From: Octopus vulgaris
Taxonomy: Eukaryota
Direction: 5' to 3'
NCBI GenBank assembly: GCA_951406725.2
Contig: OX597827.1
Location: 69,564,001-69,628,000 of the forward strand
DNA: 64,000 nucleotides
The position numbers and the translations under genes were made by a program. The notes beneath the pieces were generated by a model. The model searched no databases. It saw nothing but the letters and a program-made list of their open reading frames with translations, and had not been told where the DNA came from. This document shows, piece by piece, positions 51,386 to 64,000 of this stretch (within the stretch, counting starts at the first letter, position 1; each line of letters opens with the position of its first letter).

Positions 51386-52564
51386 AGATATTACTAAATA
51401 TTACTACAGACTTTGTCTGCACTGCTCTACCAATTCCGTCGTAACCATCCTGGTCCTAGCAACAAATATAACCCTTTCTACTAAAGACACAAGGCCTGAA
51501 ATTTTGTGGGGGCGGGGCTAGACGATTCCATCGATCCCAGTATTTCACTGGTACTTAATTTATCGACCCCAAAATGCTGAAAAGCAAAGTCGACCTTGAT
51601 AGAATTTCCTAGCGACAAATGTAAATAAGCAAAATATTGTACCTGTTTTTTTTTTCCTGGTTAAAATATTTGGAGATTCTAGTCTCTTGAAATTCTATTG
51701 AAATTTAGTGTCAAAGCAAAACAAAATCTTGTGATCGAAGATGTTTTTGACTGGTAAACATCATTTCGAATTTTGCTAATAATGGATCTTCTCATATCAA
51801 CGGCAAGTACTTAAGATAGTAAAGGGAAGTAACACTTGCAATTTGAAGAGTTATTTCCCTTGTATTACATTCGCAGTAAAATCTCTTTACATTTGCCTTC
51901 TGGTGTGTGGCCCATTGCCCCTTCTCCATCCATTTTCTACTACTTAATCCTCCTTGTTCACTTTTCCTCTTTTTATCCCTTTTCTTCTTTTTTGTTTCTT
52001 TGTATTTTAAATGTTATAATTCAAACTGTGATCGGTTGGTTTAAAATAAAACGTTTTTGGTTTCAGGTATGGCAAACTGATAAAATAAACTACCATTTAA
52101 CTGTAGAACCTCACGGCAAAGATCGAACAAATTTTTCCTTTGATTATACTTCAACGTAGAAAGGACACTGATAATGAAGTCCCAGACGAAATAATACGTC
52201 GGAAATAAAGGGGATGGTCATGGATGGAATATCTTTGATCAAAAGTCTACTGGATCAAAATTGACCTGAAAATACGCGACTACAACGAAACTTGTTTAAA
52301 AAGGAAATATAGAAACAAATTCAAATGTATGTATGTATGTATGTATGTATGTATGTATGTATGTATGTATGTATGTATGTATGTATGTGTACAGATAGAT
52401 AGATACATGCACAACACACACACACATATATATACACATACACAACACACACATACAAACACACATATACATGCATCCATACATTTATACAAACACATAT
52501 ATACACTTATACATACAAGCATACACACACACGCATATATATACATATCTGTAAGTATGTATGC

Positions 52565-52611
<47 letters not shown>

Positions 52612-52679
52612 AATACAAACTTATATATGCATACATATATATGTATATGTTTACATACATGTATGTGTATACATACTTG

Positions 52680-52719
<40 letters not shown>

Positions 52720-52886
52720 TACAAACACACATATATACATACATATATGGACATGCTTGCATTCATCCATGCACTCGTGTAGACGCACACATATGCAAAT
52801 GAATGCAAGCTTTCTGTATGTGTCCGCAGGTCTCTTTTCCTTATAAACCATACACCTACATGGATTGATCGACCACCCACAAAAGT

Positions 52887-52936
52887 GTTGACCCTTAGAA
52901 TAGGTTGACCCTTAGAATAGGTTGACCCATAGAATA
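52887..52936. repeat. 17-bp tandem repeat x3
   Basis: Unit GTTGACCCTTAGAATAG. Confidence 0.85.
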
Positions 52937-53203
52937 TTTCTATGCTACCAGTACCCCGAGCTTCGGTGGTAAATACAGACTTCCTTGAACGCCTTTAGTT
53001 TATCTGGACCAATAAGATGTGAAGCATAATAACGATTTCAAATTTTGCCACAAGGTCGCTAATTTTAAGAGAGGAGCTAAGTCGATTACATAGACACCAG
53101 TATATGACTGGTACTTATTTTATCGACCCCGAAAGGATGAAAGGTAAAGTCTATCTCTGGAATTTGAACTTAAGAACGTAAAAGCGGACAAAATGCCGCT
53201 AAG

Positions 53204-53728
53204 TATTGGGTTGTCCGGAAAGTTCGTGCCGATTTATAGTAGCTTACCTTTCGACTTATTTTAGAACACGGTTGAGTCCATAAAATAGGATTTGACTACA
53301 CCTCCATTTAGAGCCCAGTTTAAGCTATCTTTTCGGGGAAGAAGTTTTATGCTCCTATAACCTGTGTTAATTCTGTAACCCTTTAAAATGGAAGATAAGA
53401 AAGTTCATTTTCGGCACTTGATTCCTTGGGAACCAGACAAAAGTTGCTGCAGCTCGGCTGGAATGTGTACCTTACCCTCCATATTCCCCAGATATTGCTC
53501 CTTCGGATTTCCACTTATTCAGGTCTCTGTAGAACAGTCTTAATTGTAAAAATTTCAATTCCTTGGATGACGTAAAACGATACCTTGATGAATTCTTGAT
53601 GAATTCAAGTTAAAGGAAAGATGGAGACGCATTGTGCAACAAAACGGTTCACGTTTGGTAGGTTAAAAATGTAATGGCAAGTATTTATTGACCTTTTTCT
53701 TTCCTTTAAAAGTCGGCATGAACCTTTT
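53204..53728 (+). mobile_element. Internally deleted mariner element
   Basis: Left end TATTGGGTTGTCCGGAAAGTTCGTGCCGATTT, start MEDKKVHFRHL, signature PPYSPDIAPSDFHLFRSL at ~53476-53529, and a partial right TIR AAAGTCGGCATGAACCTTT. Confidence 0.85.
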
Positions 53729-53757
53729 GTGAAGCACAGGTTTCAGCAAACTACACA

Positions 53758-53840
<83 letters not shown>

Positions 53841-54096
53841 GTACACACACACACTCACACTCACACACCCACCCAAATATATGCATTCACATACACAATA
53901 GTGATTAAATTATTCATTCATGTGTAAAGAAACAAAATTTTCCATACGATGATCAAGGTTTGGAAACATAATAACGTAACACAACGTTTACAACAATATA
54001 TGAACGAGCTTTCAAACAGGCAAGACCCGGAATGCAATCTTCTTCACCAATATGCTTGGTTAATTAAGATTAGTCGGCTCATTTCACTATGTTATA

Positions 54097-54100
54097 TGAC

Positions 54101-54150
<50 letters not shown>

Positions 54151-54212
54151 CACCACCACCACCACCACCACCACCAACACCACCACCACCAACAACAATA
54201 ATAATAATAATA

Positions 54213-54253
<41 letters not shown>

Positions 54254-54341
54254 AATAATAATGATGATGATTATAATAATGATGATGATAATAATGATAA
54301 TAATAATAATAATGATAATAAAAGTAATAATAATAAAAGGG

Positions 54342-54375
<34 letters not shown>

Positions 54376-54399
54376 AATAATAATAACAATAATAATAAC

Positions 54400-54443
<44 letters not shown>

Positions 54444-54454
54444 CAATGATAATA

Positions 54455-54527
<73 letters not shown>

Positions 54528-54606
54528 TAATAATAGTAATAATAATAATAATAATGATAATAATAGTAATAATAATGATGATGATGACGAAGACGACGAC
54601 GACGAC

Positions 54607-54663
<57 letters not shown>

Positions 54664-54673
54664 AATAATAATA
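54097..54673. repeat. (AAT)n/(GAT)n/(CAC)n microsatellite
   Basis: Read directly from the sequence. Confidence 0.95.
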
Positions 54674-55120
54674 AAGAGCAAAAATAAAAACAAACAAATG
54701 GAATCAGTTTTTTATCCCTTGAAGGTTTGCCTGTGTTTGCAGGAGCACAAATATGAGAATTAATGTATATTACTGAGCGTTAGGAGTGGGACTCTACGAA
54801 ATTGAACGACGCCATTTTGGATGGCGTAAAAATGTTAATAACAGCAACAACAACAGCAACAAAAACAAGAACAACAACAGCAGCAATGATAATAATCATA
54901 AGCTTTTCCTTTAGGGCCGAACACAAAACAAAAGGACAATACGAAAGCAAGGGAGAAGTGTGACATAACATAAAAAAAATACGTGCAGACGATAAAACAA
55001 TAATAATTAATAAAATTTACACATATGAATCTCCCAAAGGAGAGAGTTCTACAAATCCTTTCTACAGTCGAATAACTCTTTCCAAGTCTCTAACTACCAT
55101 TTCGCCCCACCACCAGCGCC

Positions 55121-55838
<718 letters not shown>

Positions 55839-56205
55839 GACATTGTAGTTCCCAGTTTTGGTAGATATTATGTTATTCACAGCAGTAAAGAAGATAAAAA
55901 CAGATAAAAGTTGTTTTGTCGTGGAACACCCTGTCCATTTGAAGTTAAACTCAAGGGAATGTATGAAAACATATATTATTCATATAGGATGTATCGTAAA
56001 AGTGCATATCGTAAAAGTACATACAGGCGCAGTCGTGGCTGTGTGGTGAGGTAAGAAGCTTGCTCCCCATCCACATGGTTCCGAGTTCAGTTCCACTGAA
56101 TGGCACCTTGGGCAAGTGTCTTCTATTATAGCCTCGGGACGACCAAATCCTTGTCAATGGATTTGTTAGACGGAAACTGAAAAAATAACCCGTCGTATAC
56201 ATACA

Positions 56206-56258
<53 letters not shown>

Positions 56259-56526
56259 GTATAATCAAAAGGGTAATAATACAGATTACTACCAGTGGCC
56301 CAGCACAAGGGACGAATTAGTCATTAGACAAAATATTATTCATATAGAAAAATATTATTCATATAGAAATATAATTAAGGGCTCCTAAATAAGGATGCCA
56401 AGTGCTAGGGACACAAAAAAGGGATAAATTTATCGAGAGTGAAAATCAAAAACATTTACCAATAACAATACATCTCGGACTGATCAGTTTCTACATCTTT
56501 CTAGCAAAACAGACAGAATATGTTTG

Positions 56527-56572
<46 letters not shown>

Positions 56573-56652
56573 GGATGAATGAACTATCCTTTGAAACATA
56601 TGTCGAAAGTAAAAGAATTTTAATAACATCTTCGTTCAACTCCATTTATTTA

Positions 56653-56701
<49 letters not shown>

Positions 56702-56720
56702 GTATATACTATCCTTGAAG

Positions 56721-56787
<67 letters not shown>

Positions 56788-56936
56788 CGTATGTATATAT
56801 ATAAATTTATATAAATAAGGATAAGATCGTTATTTAAATATCGAACTTATCAGGTGGCCAGCATGGGAATAAAAACCTTCAAAGGTAATAATTATTATTA
56901 AAATTATAATTTAGGGTATCTAAGAGATACCACCAC

Positions 56937-56978
<42 letters not shown>

Positions 56979-57934
56979 GCATGAATTTTATGCAGATGTT
57001 TTGTAGCCTCGACTGACAAAGTGGCGATTGTGTTAATCTGAAGAATAATTAGGAAGAAGCTCCGAAAGAACCGTTCTTTCTCGCGGAGCTAATTTGTTTT
57101 GATACTCAGTGCTCTGAGTTCAAATTCCTCCTATGTCAGCTTTACCGTTTATCCTTACAGGGTTCGCTAAAAGAAAAAAAAAAAGAAAAGCCTCGATCCA
57201 AAGCGGTGAGCTGGTGGAATTATAAGAATGTCATGTCGGACCGGATGCTTTGCTGTATTCCTTCTAGCTCTTTGAGTTATGAGTTCAAATCCCGCAATGC
57301 CCTACTTGGCGGGTTGACTTAATCCGTTGTCCGGTTTAATACTTTCACGACGCACCATGGGTACTTTTAGTGGACCCCATTCTATTGTAAACATTCAAAT
57401 CAGATCATCGCTCTTAGAATACCAGCCACCCCACTCTCTCTATCCGTCCGTCCCTTTCTCCCTCCCTCCGTCTCACTAGTCTGGGAGACCCTATGAAGGG
57501 TCATGAATACTGCTTTAAACTCATGGTTAAAAAATAAAATGGGTTTCAAATTTTCGGCGCAATAATAATTCTTTCCGTTGTAGGCACAAAACCTGAACTT
57601 TTTTAGGGGAGGAAGCTAGTTGAATACGTCAACCCAAATGCTCAACTGGTACTTGTTTTATCGAATCCAAAAGAAGCGGACGAGATGCCGCTAAACATTT
57701 TGACCGGTATTCTTTTACTTGTTTCACTTATTTGACTGTGGCCACGTTGGAGCACCGCCTTGATGGGTTTTGATCAAACAAATCGACCCTAGGACATTTT
57801 TAAAAGCCTAGTATTTGTTTTATCGGGCTCTTTTGCCGAACCGATAAGTTACGGGGACGTGAACACACCAACACCGGTTATCAAGCGGTGATGGGGAGGG
57901 GGGATAACCACAGACACAAAAACACGCACGCACG

Positions 57935-58004
<70 letters not shown>

Positions 58005-58018
58005 TATACATATATATA

Positions 58019-58234
58019 CAGTAGTCCCTCGCCATTTCGCGGTTCACCTATCGCGGTTTATTATTTAAGCTTACGTTGATTCCTCCATGGTGGTGTTTTG
58101 CATTTATAATAAAATAAATACATAGAAATTATAAAAATAATAAAAAAATATACAGTACTTTTTCTACTCCGCGGTATTTCACCTATCGCGGGGGTTTATG
58201 GAACGTAACACCCGGGATAGTAGAGGGGTTACTG
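58019..58234. mobile_element. pogo/Tigger-like MITE
   Basis: TA|CAGTAGTCCCTC...GAGGGGTTACTG|TA with internal repeats of TTCACCTATCGCGG. Confidence 0.75.
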
Positions 58235-58278
58235 TATATATGTTCATTGCTAAACCTCGCTTAGATAAATATTTCAAT

Positions 58279-58350
58279 TAACCTGAAGATTGACTGTAAC
58301 CATAACTCGAATTATTACGAATTGTACAGCCATGAAACGATCGTAGTGTT
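58279..58350 (+). ncRNA. Degenerate type I hammerhead motif in an AT-rich Penelope-like relic
   Basis: CTGAAGA (58283-58289), stem II TGACTGTA/TACAGCCA, and GAAAC-GATC-GTA with a palindromic loop. Stem I is reduced to ~2 bp. Confidence 0.55.
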
Positions 58351-58573
58351 TTACTCTTTATCTTTTATTAAACTTATAATACTTTTGATATATATTTAAA
58401 ATAATATAAATTAATTAATTTTATGTATTGGCTTATGTTTTTCATTGTTTGATTTGCCTAATAGTGGTTTTATCTCTAATTTAATATAATATAATATAAT
58501 ATATTTTACTATAAAATGGTATTTAATCCTATCTGATTTTCCCCCGTAAGTTTGGATTTATTCCCTAATATTT

Positions 58574-58627
<54 letters not shown>

Positions 58628-58740
58628 GACAGGCTTTTTTCAGTTTCTGTCTACCAAATTCACTCACAAGGCTTTAGGCGACCCGAGGCTATAGTAGAAG
58701 ACATTGAACCCAAAACCATGTGGTTGGGAAGCAAGCTTCT

Positions 58741-59157
58741 TATTTCTTTACTGCTCACAAGGGGATACACACAGAGGGGACATACAAGGACAGACAAAGG
58801 TATTAAGTCGATTACATCGACCCCCAGTGCGTAACTGGTACTTATTTAATCGACCCCGAAAGGATGAAAGGCAAAGTCGACCTCGGCGGAATTTGAACTC
58901 AGAACGTAGCGGCAGATGAAATACCTATTTCTTTACTACCCACAAGGGGCTAAACACAGAGAGGACAAACAAGGACAGACAAACGGATTAAGTCGATTAC
59001 ATGGACCCCAGTGCGTAACTGGTACTCAATTTATCGACCCCGAAAGGATGAAAGGCAAAGTCGACCTCGGCGGAATCTGAACTCAGAACGTAGCGGTAGA
59101 CGAAATACCGTTAAGCATTTGGCCCTGCGTGCCTACGATTCTGCCAGCTCACCGCCT
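58741..59157 (-). mobile_element. SINE A dimer nested in SINE B head, 9-bp TSD
   Basis: TSD AGCTTCTTA at 58734-58742 and 59161-59169. Confidence 0.85.
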
Positions 59158-59326
59158 TCGAGCTTCTTACCACACAGCCACGCCTACGCCTATGTAAGTT
59201 AACCATTCTATCATTTATATTAGCAAATTCAGTAGGGAGATGGTTCGTGAGTTCCAGGCCAGCGGATGTTTTTTCATCGTCACCATGACGAAAAGAAACC
59301 TTATCGGAGTGCTTTTTTAAACTTAC

Positions 59327-59482
59327 ATTCCTCCGTCTGTCGGGCGATGAAATCTGGATTCGATCTTGATTTCGCCAAACGGCAGCTGGGAAGAGTATCC
59401 CTGCGAGTTGCATCCCAGATGAGGACTTGCTACTTTCGAAAGGGGAAAGTTGCGATGCTGTCCGGTATGTTGTCTTCGTAAT
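59327..59482 (-). CDS. Candidate internal exon (156 nt) of an unidentified host gene
   Basis: Unique sequence bounded on the minus strand by a T-rich acceptor TTTTTTTAG| and a consensus donor |GTAAGT. Length is divisible by 3 and two frames are open (LRRQHTGQ...GEIKIESRFHRPTDGG; ITKTTY...PDRRRN). No homology recognised. Confidence 0.45.
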
Positions 59483-59560
59483 CTAAAAAAACCCCAATAA
59501 ACAAAAATCAACAACAAACAAACAAAAAACAAAAACAAAAACAAAACAAACAAAAAAACA

Positions 59561-59727
59561 TAGGCGCAGGAGTGGCTGTGTGGTAAGTAGCTTGTTTACC
59601 AACCACATGGTTGCGGGTTCAGTCCTACTGCGTGGCACCTTGTGCAAGTGTCTTCTACTATAGCCTCGAGCTGACCAAAGCCTTGTGAGTGGATTTGGTA
59701 GACGGAAACTGACAGAAGCCCGTCGTA

Positions 59728-59812
<85 letters not shown>

Positions 59813-60038
59813 ATATGTTTGTGTGTCTGTGTTTGTCCCCCTAGCATTGCTTGACAACCGATGCTGGTGTGTTTACATCCCCGTCATTTAGCGGTTTGGC
59901 AAAAAGAGACCGATAGAATAAGTACTGGGCTTACAAAAAGAATAAGTCCCGGGGTCGAGTTGTTCGACTAAAGGCGGTGCTCCAGCATGGCCGCAGTCAA
60001 ATGACTGAAACAAGTAAAAGAGTAAAAGAGTAAAGAGT
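59561..60038 (+). mobile_element. SINE family B, full length
   Basis: Head TAGGCGCAGGAGTGGCTGTGTGG to tail (AGTAAAAG)n. Confidence 0.9.
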
Positions 60039-60202
60039 ATGGACGGCTCCAGGTTAGTGTTGGAGAACCAGCTGTATTGAAACCCAGTTTGATGATGATA
60101 TCAGTAAGTGCCACACACCGAAGAAAAGAACGACAAACGCTGAAAATAAACTGAAAAAAAAAAGAAAATTGGTATAAAAATGTATTGTTTTTCCAGTTTT
60201 AT

Positions 60203-60420
60203 GGCGGCAAGCTGGCAGAATCGTTAGCACGCTGGACGCCCGTCGCTACGTTCCCGAGTTCAAATTCCGCCGGAGTCGACTTTGTTTTTTTTCATGTTTT
60301 CGAGGTCGATAAAATAAAGTACCAGTTGAGTACTGGGGGTCGATGTAATCGACTGCCCCCCCCACCCCACCACACTTCCCTCAAATTTTAGGCTTTGTAC
60401 CTATAGAAGGAAGGATTATT
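60203..60420 (+). mobile_element. SINE A-related copy, diverged
   Basis: GGCGGCAAGCTGGCAGAATCGTTAGC...GAGTTCAAATTCCGCC...GGTCGATAAAATAAAGTACCAG. Confidence 0.75.
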
Positions 60421-60482
60421 TTCCTGTTGTTGTTGTTGTAGATCTTCTTCTGCTTCTTTTTTCTTCTTTTTCTTCTTCTCTA

Positions 60483-60524
60483 TCGTCGTCGTCGTCGTCA
60501 TCTCCGTCCCTCCTCACTTTTGTT

Positions 60525-60564
<40 letters not shown>

Positions 60565-60995
60565 CTGTCATCGTATTCCTCCTCTTCCCCCTCTTCTTTT
60601 AATCTTCTCGTCAATGTCATCTCTATCATCAACGTCCCCCTCCTCCTCCTCCTCCTTTTCCTCCTCCTCCTTCTTTTCCGCCTCCATCTCGTCGTCGTCA
60701 TCGTCATCACCGTGATTGTCATCAGCATCATAGTTATCATCATAGTCGTTGTCATCATTACCATCGTCATCATCATCATCGTCATCATCGTCGTCGTCAT
60801 CATCATCATCATCATCATCGTCATCATCGTCATCGTCATCACCATCATCACCATCACCATCATCACCATCATCATCATCATCATCATCATCATCACCATC
60901 ACTACCATCACCATAGTCATCATCATCATCACCATCGTCACCATCACCATCGCCATCACCATCACCGTCACCGTCATCGTAACCATCACCATCAC

Positions 60996-61029
<34 letters not shown>

Positions 61030-61061
61030 GTCGTCATCGTCGTTGTCGTGGTCGTGGTCGT
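60483..61061. repeat. (CAT)n/(CGT)n/(CAC)n microsatellite
   Basis: Read directly from the sequence. Confidence 0.95.
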
Positions 61062-61433
61062 GCGCCGTTGCTATTGTCAATTGCCACTAACGCCCGTTCC
61101 CCACCCTCCCACGTGCCATCATAGTTTAAACGAGACCTTCAATATGATATATATAGCTAACCCTTCTTCACAGTCTGTTATTTCATCTGTAAACACCCGC
61201 CCCCAATATTCTCAGGGATGACCTCACAACACCCAGCAAGATCTCAACAATACCCCAACAACGGTTGCTATGCCAACGTTTCTGTTACATACCCGCTATG
61301 TGTATCGTGGATATTACATTGTATGTCCGTAGCTGCGCCAGCCGTCTCTTTGGTAAACAACAGGCGGTTGCTGCCTTGGTGTTCAGACATTTTCTTAATG
61401 TACAACAAACCCAAACATAAACACACTCACGCA

Positions 61434-61509
<76 letters not shown>

Positions 61510-61647
61510 AAGAGTGAGAGAAGGAGAAGGAGATGGAGATAGAGAGAGATAGCTAGCTAGCTAGCTAGATAGATAAATAGATAGATAGGTAGATAAATTG
61601 ATAGATAGGTAGATAGATTGATAGATACATAGATAGATAGATAAATT

Positions 61648-61721
<74 letters not shown>

Positions 61722-61743
61722 GGGATAGATAGATAGATAGATA

Positions 61744-62403
61744 TGTTTCTTTATTAGCCACACAGGGCTGCACACAGACAGGACAAAATTACAAGGCAGA
61801 GCTTTTCTTTTGGGGGTAAAAGAAGGGGGTTTGGTTTTCGATCAAAAGGGATCGTAAATGGAAAGAAAGAAGACAAAAAAAGGGGGTGGTAAAATAAAAT
61901 TTAAAAAAAAGGGGAGGTGAGGAAAAAAAAAGGAGGTGAGGAAAAAAAGGGAAAGGAAAAAAAATTGATCAATAGGGATCGTTATCACAGAAATGTCAAT
62001 ATGAAGTGTAAAGGGGAGGACAGGTGAGGTTTACCCGTGGAAAGAAAAGCCCACGGAAAAGACCACGGTAATCTCGGTCAATGAAGTCACATGTTATAAT
62101 TTTTTTTTTTTTTTTTTGCAAATAAGCAACTCTCTGTATTAATTTTTACGGTTCATAGAATCATGGTCAAGGTGGCTTCGTCATTCATACGTGCCATCCT
62201 TGTTACATTCACCTATCTTTTTTTAAAACATTCACTAGACAAAACTTGCCTCTCTACTCTCACTTTCCTCTTCAAGTGATACTTGAAGAAGTTGATGAGA
62301 GATTGACCAGAGAGGAAAGTGTTTGTCTCTAATCCTTTCAGGTGCGTCCACCAGTTACATTCTTTCGCCATAGCCACAAGTATGATAAAAATAGCTCTTC
62401 CTT
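61744..62403 (-). mobile_element. 5'-truncated L1/Tx1-type LINE copy (3' UTR plus ORF2 end)
   Basis: Highly similar to 62481-63111; (GATA)n on both sides. Confidence 0.9.
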
Positions 62404-62424
62404 AGATAGATAGATAGATAGATA

Positions 62425-62457
<33 letters not shown>

Positions 62458-62480
62458 ATAGATAGATAGATAGATAGATA

Positions 62481-64000
62481 TGTTTCTTTATTAGCCACAC
62501 AGGGCTGCACACAGACAGGACAAATTACAAGGTAGAGCTTTTCTTTTGGGGGTAAAAGAAGGGGGTTTGGTTTTCGATCAAAAGGGATCGTAAAAGGAAA
62601 GAAAGGGGACAAAAAGGGGGGATTAAAAAAATTTAAATAAAAAAGGGGGGGGGAAAAAAGGGAAAGGAAAAAAAATTGATCAATAGGGATCGTTATCACA
62701 GAAATGTCAATATGAAGTGTAAAGGGGAGGACAGGTGAGGTTTACCCGTGGAAAGAAAAGCCTACGGAAAAGACCACGGTTATCTCGGTCAATGAAGTCA
62801 CATGTTATAATTTTTTTTTTTTTTTTTGCAAATAAGCAACTCTCTGTATTAATTTTTACGGTTCATAGAATCATAGTCAAGGTGGCTTCGTCATTCATAC
62901 GTGCCATCCTTGCTACATTCACCCATCTTTTTAAAACATTCACTAGACAAAACTTGCCTCTCTACTCTCACTTTCCTCTTGAAGTGATACTTGAAGAAGT
63001 TGATGAGAGATTGACCAGAGAGGAAAGTGTTTGTCTCTAATCCTTTCAGGCGCGTCCACCAGTTACATTCTTTCGCCATAGTCACAAGTATGATAAAAAT
63101 AGCTCTTCCTTCTCGTTTGAAGGAAGGAGGCGTGACGATATTAACGATAGACTCGGCTGATAAACCGACACGTCCCACACGTGACAGCAGTTGTTCGACA
63201 TAAGCCCACAGGTCGGAAATTGTTGGACAGTGCACGATTGCGTGCAGAGCGGGTTCGTCGCTCTGCCCGCATCTCGGGCAGGTCGGCCCCGTGTTTCTCG
63301 AGCCATGCCTATAGAGCTTATCCCGAACGGGTAGCGCTTCTCGGTAGCACCGCCAGGCCAGGGATCTCTGGAAGTTGTCCATAGGTCCCGGCCCGAAAGT
63401 CGTTTCAAACAGGCGGGTCAGGTATTCCTCGTCGACGCCCAGGTTTTCCCCAAGATCGTCGTCGTACCTCCCCTCCACTAAACCCCTATAGAATGCTTTG
63501 GTTGTGTTGAAGTCACTCAAGGTCGACCCGGGACGGCAGAGTTGCTTGAGAGCAACGCGACACTCGCGGTGCCATTCGCCCTTCCTCGGCCTCTTTTTGA
63601 TCCACGACTGCAGTTCGGTCATGGAGACGAGCTGTTCACCGTCGTCTACGTAGAGCCGGAGATGTCGCAGTCTCAGCGCGTGTCTGCGCATCATCAACCA
63701 CGGCATGCCCAGCCCTCCTTTTAACGGGTGTTGACAGCAAATGGATCACCTGACCATCGGGACGCATCCTTTCCACAAGAAGCGGAAGAGAATGCGTTCT
63801 AGTTTGGTGATGGTAGGGTCGGGACAAGGTACGACGGTCAGGCGGTAGTAGATGATGGGCGCGATGTACGTGTTCTCCACCTCCGCCCAACCTTTTAGGG
63901 ACAGTTTCCTCTCGGCCCATTGCCGGGCGAGAGTGACCACCCTACTCGTTATCTCGTTCCAGTTCTTCTCCATTTGGAGGTCCGGACCGAACCAGACCCC
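62481..64000 (-). mobile_element. L1/Tx1-type non-LTR retrotransposon, 3' portion (runs off the window end)
   Basis: ORF2 C-terminal region plus a 3' UTR ending GGCTAATAAAGAAAC, followed by (TATC)n. Confidence 0.9.
62891..64000 (-). pseudogene. LINE ORF2 C-terminus (post-RT region and zf-RVT zinc knuckle), frameshifted
   Basis: W.ERKLSLKG...LERILFRFLWKG (ORF 63746-63973), a frameshift, then LAWRCYREALPVRDKL...CPRCGQSDEPALHAIVHC (ORF 62891-63706). These motifs are typical of the L1/Tx1 clade. Confidence 0.85.

Noticed and set aside
57036-57082. CTGAAGA...GAAAG hammerhead-like spacing
   Set aside because: No stem I or stem II pairing.

Overview
Repeat-saturated, AT-rich animal genomic DNA. 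It is most likely an octopus or other coleoid cephalopod, inferred from the tRNA-derived SINE families and extreme microsatellite density, and is probably intronic or intergenic. Almost all ORFs in the track are microsatellite or SINE artefacts. Supported content includes dozens of copies of at least four SINE families and the 3' part of an L1/Tx1-type LINE with a second 5'-truncated copy sitting in (GATA)n. Also present are CR1-like, Tc1/mariner, mariner and Merlin relics, piggyBac-, MULE-, hAT- and pogo-like MITEs, and a non-autonomous Helitron. Penelope-like relics carry hammerhead-ribozyme motifs. A near-identical ~9.2-kb tandem duplication (32887-42064 / 42065-51276) has a chimeric SINE at its junction. 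One plausible host exon lies on the minus strand (59327-59482). The most notable signals are: (1) a SINE-LINE pair sharing a 3' tail, with the LINE apparently targeting (GATA)n and the SINE forming fixed-junction multimers; (2) TIR elements carrying TTAGGG repeats; (3) hammerhead motifs; (4) a Helitron flanked by a ~130-bp duplication; and (5) many fold-back palindromes. No database searches were run, so all family names are assignments from motifs.
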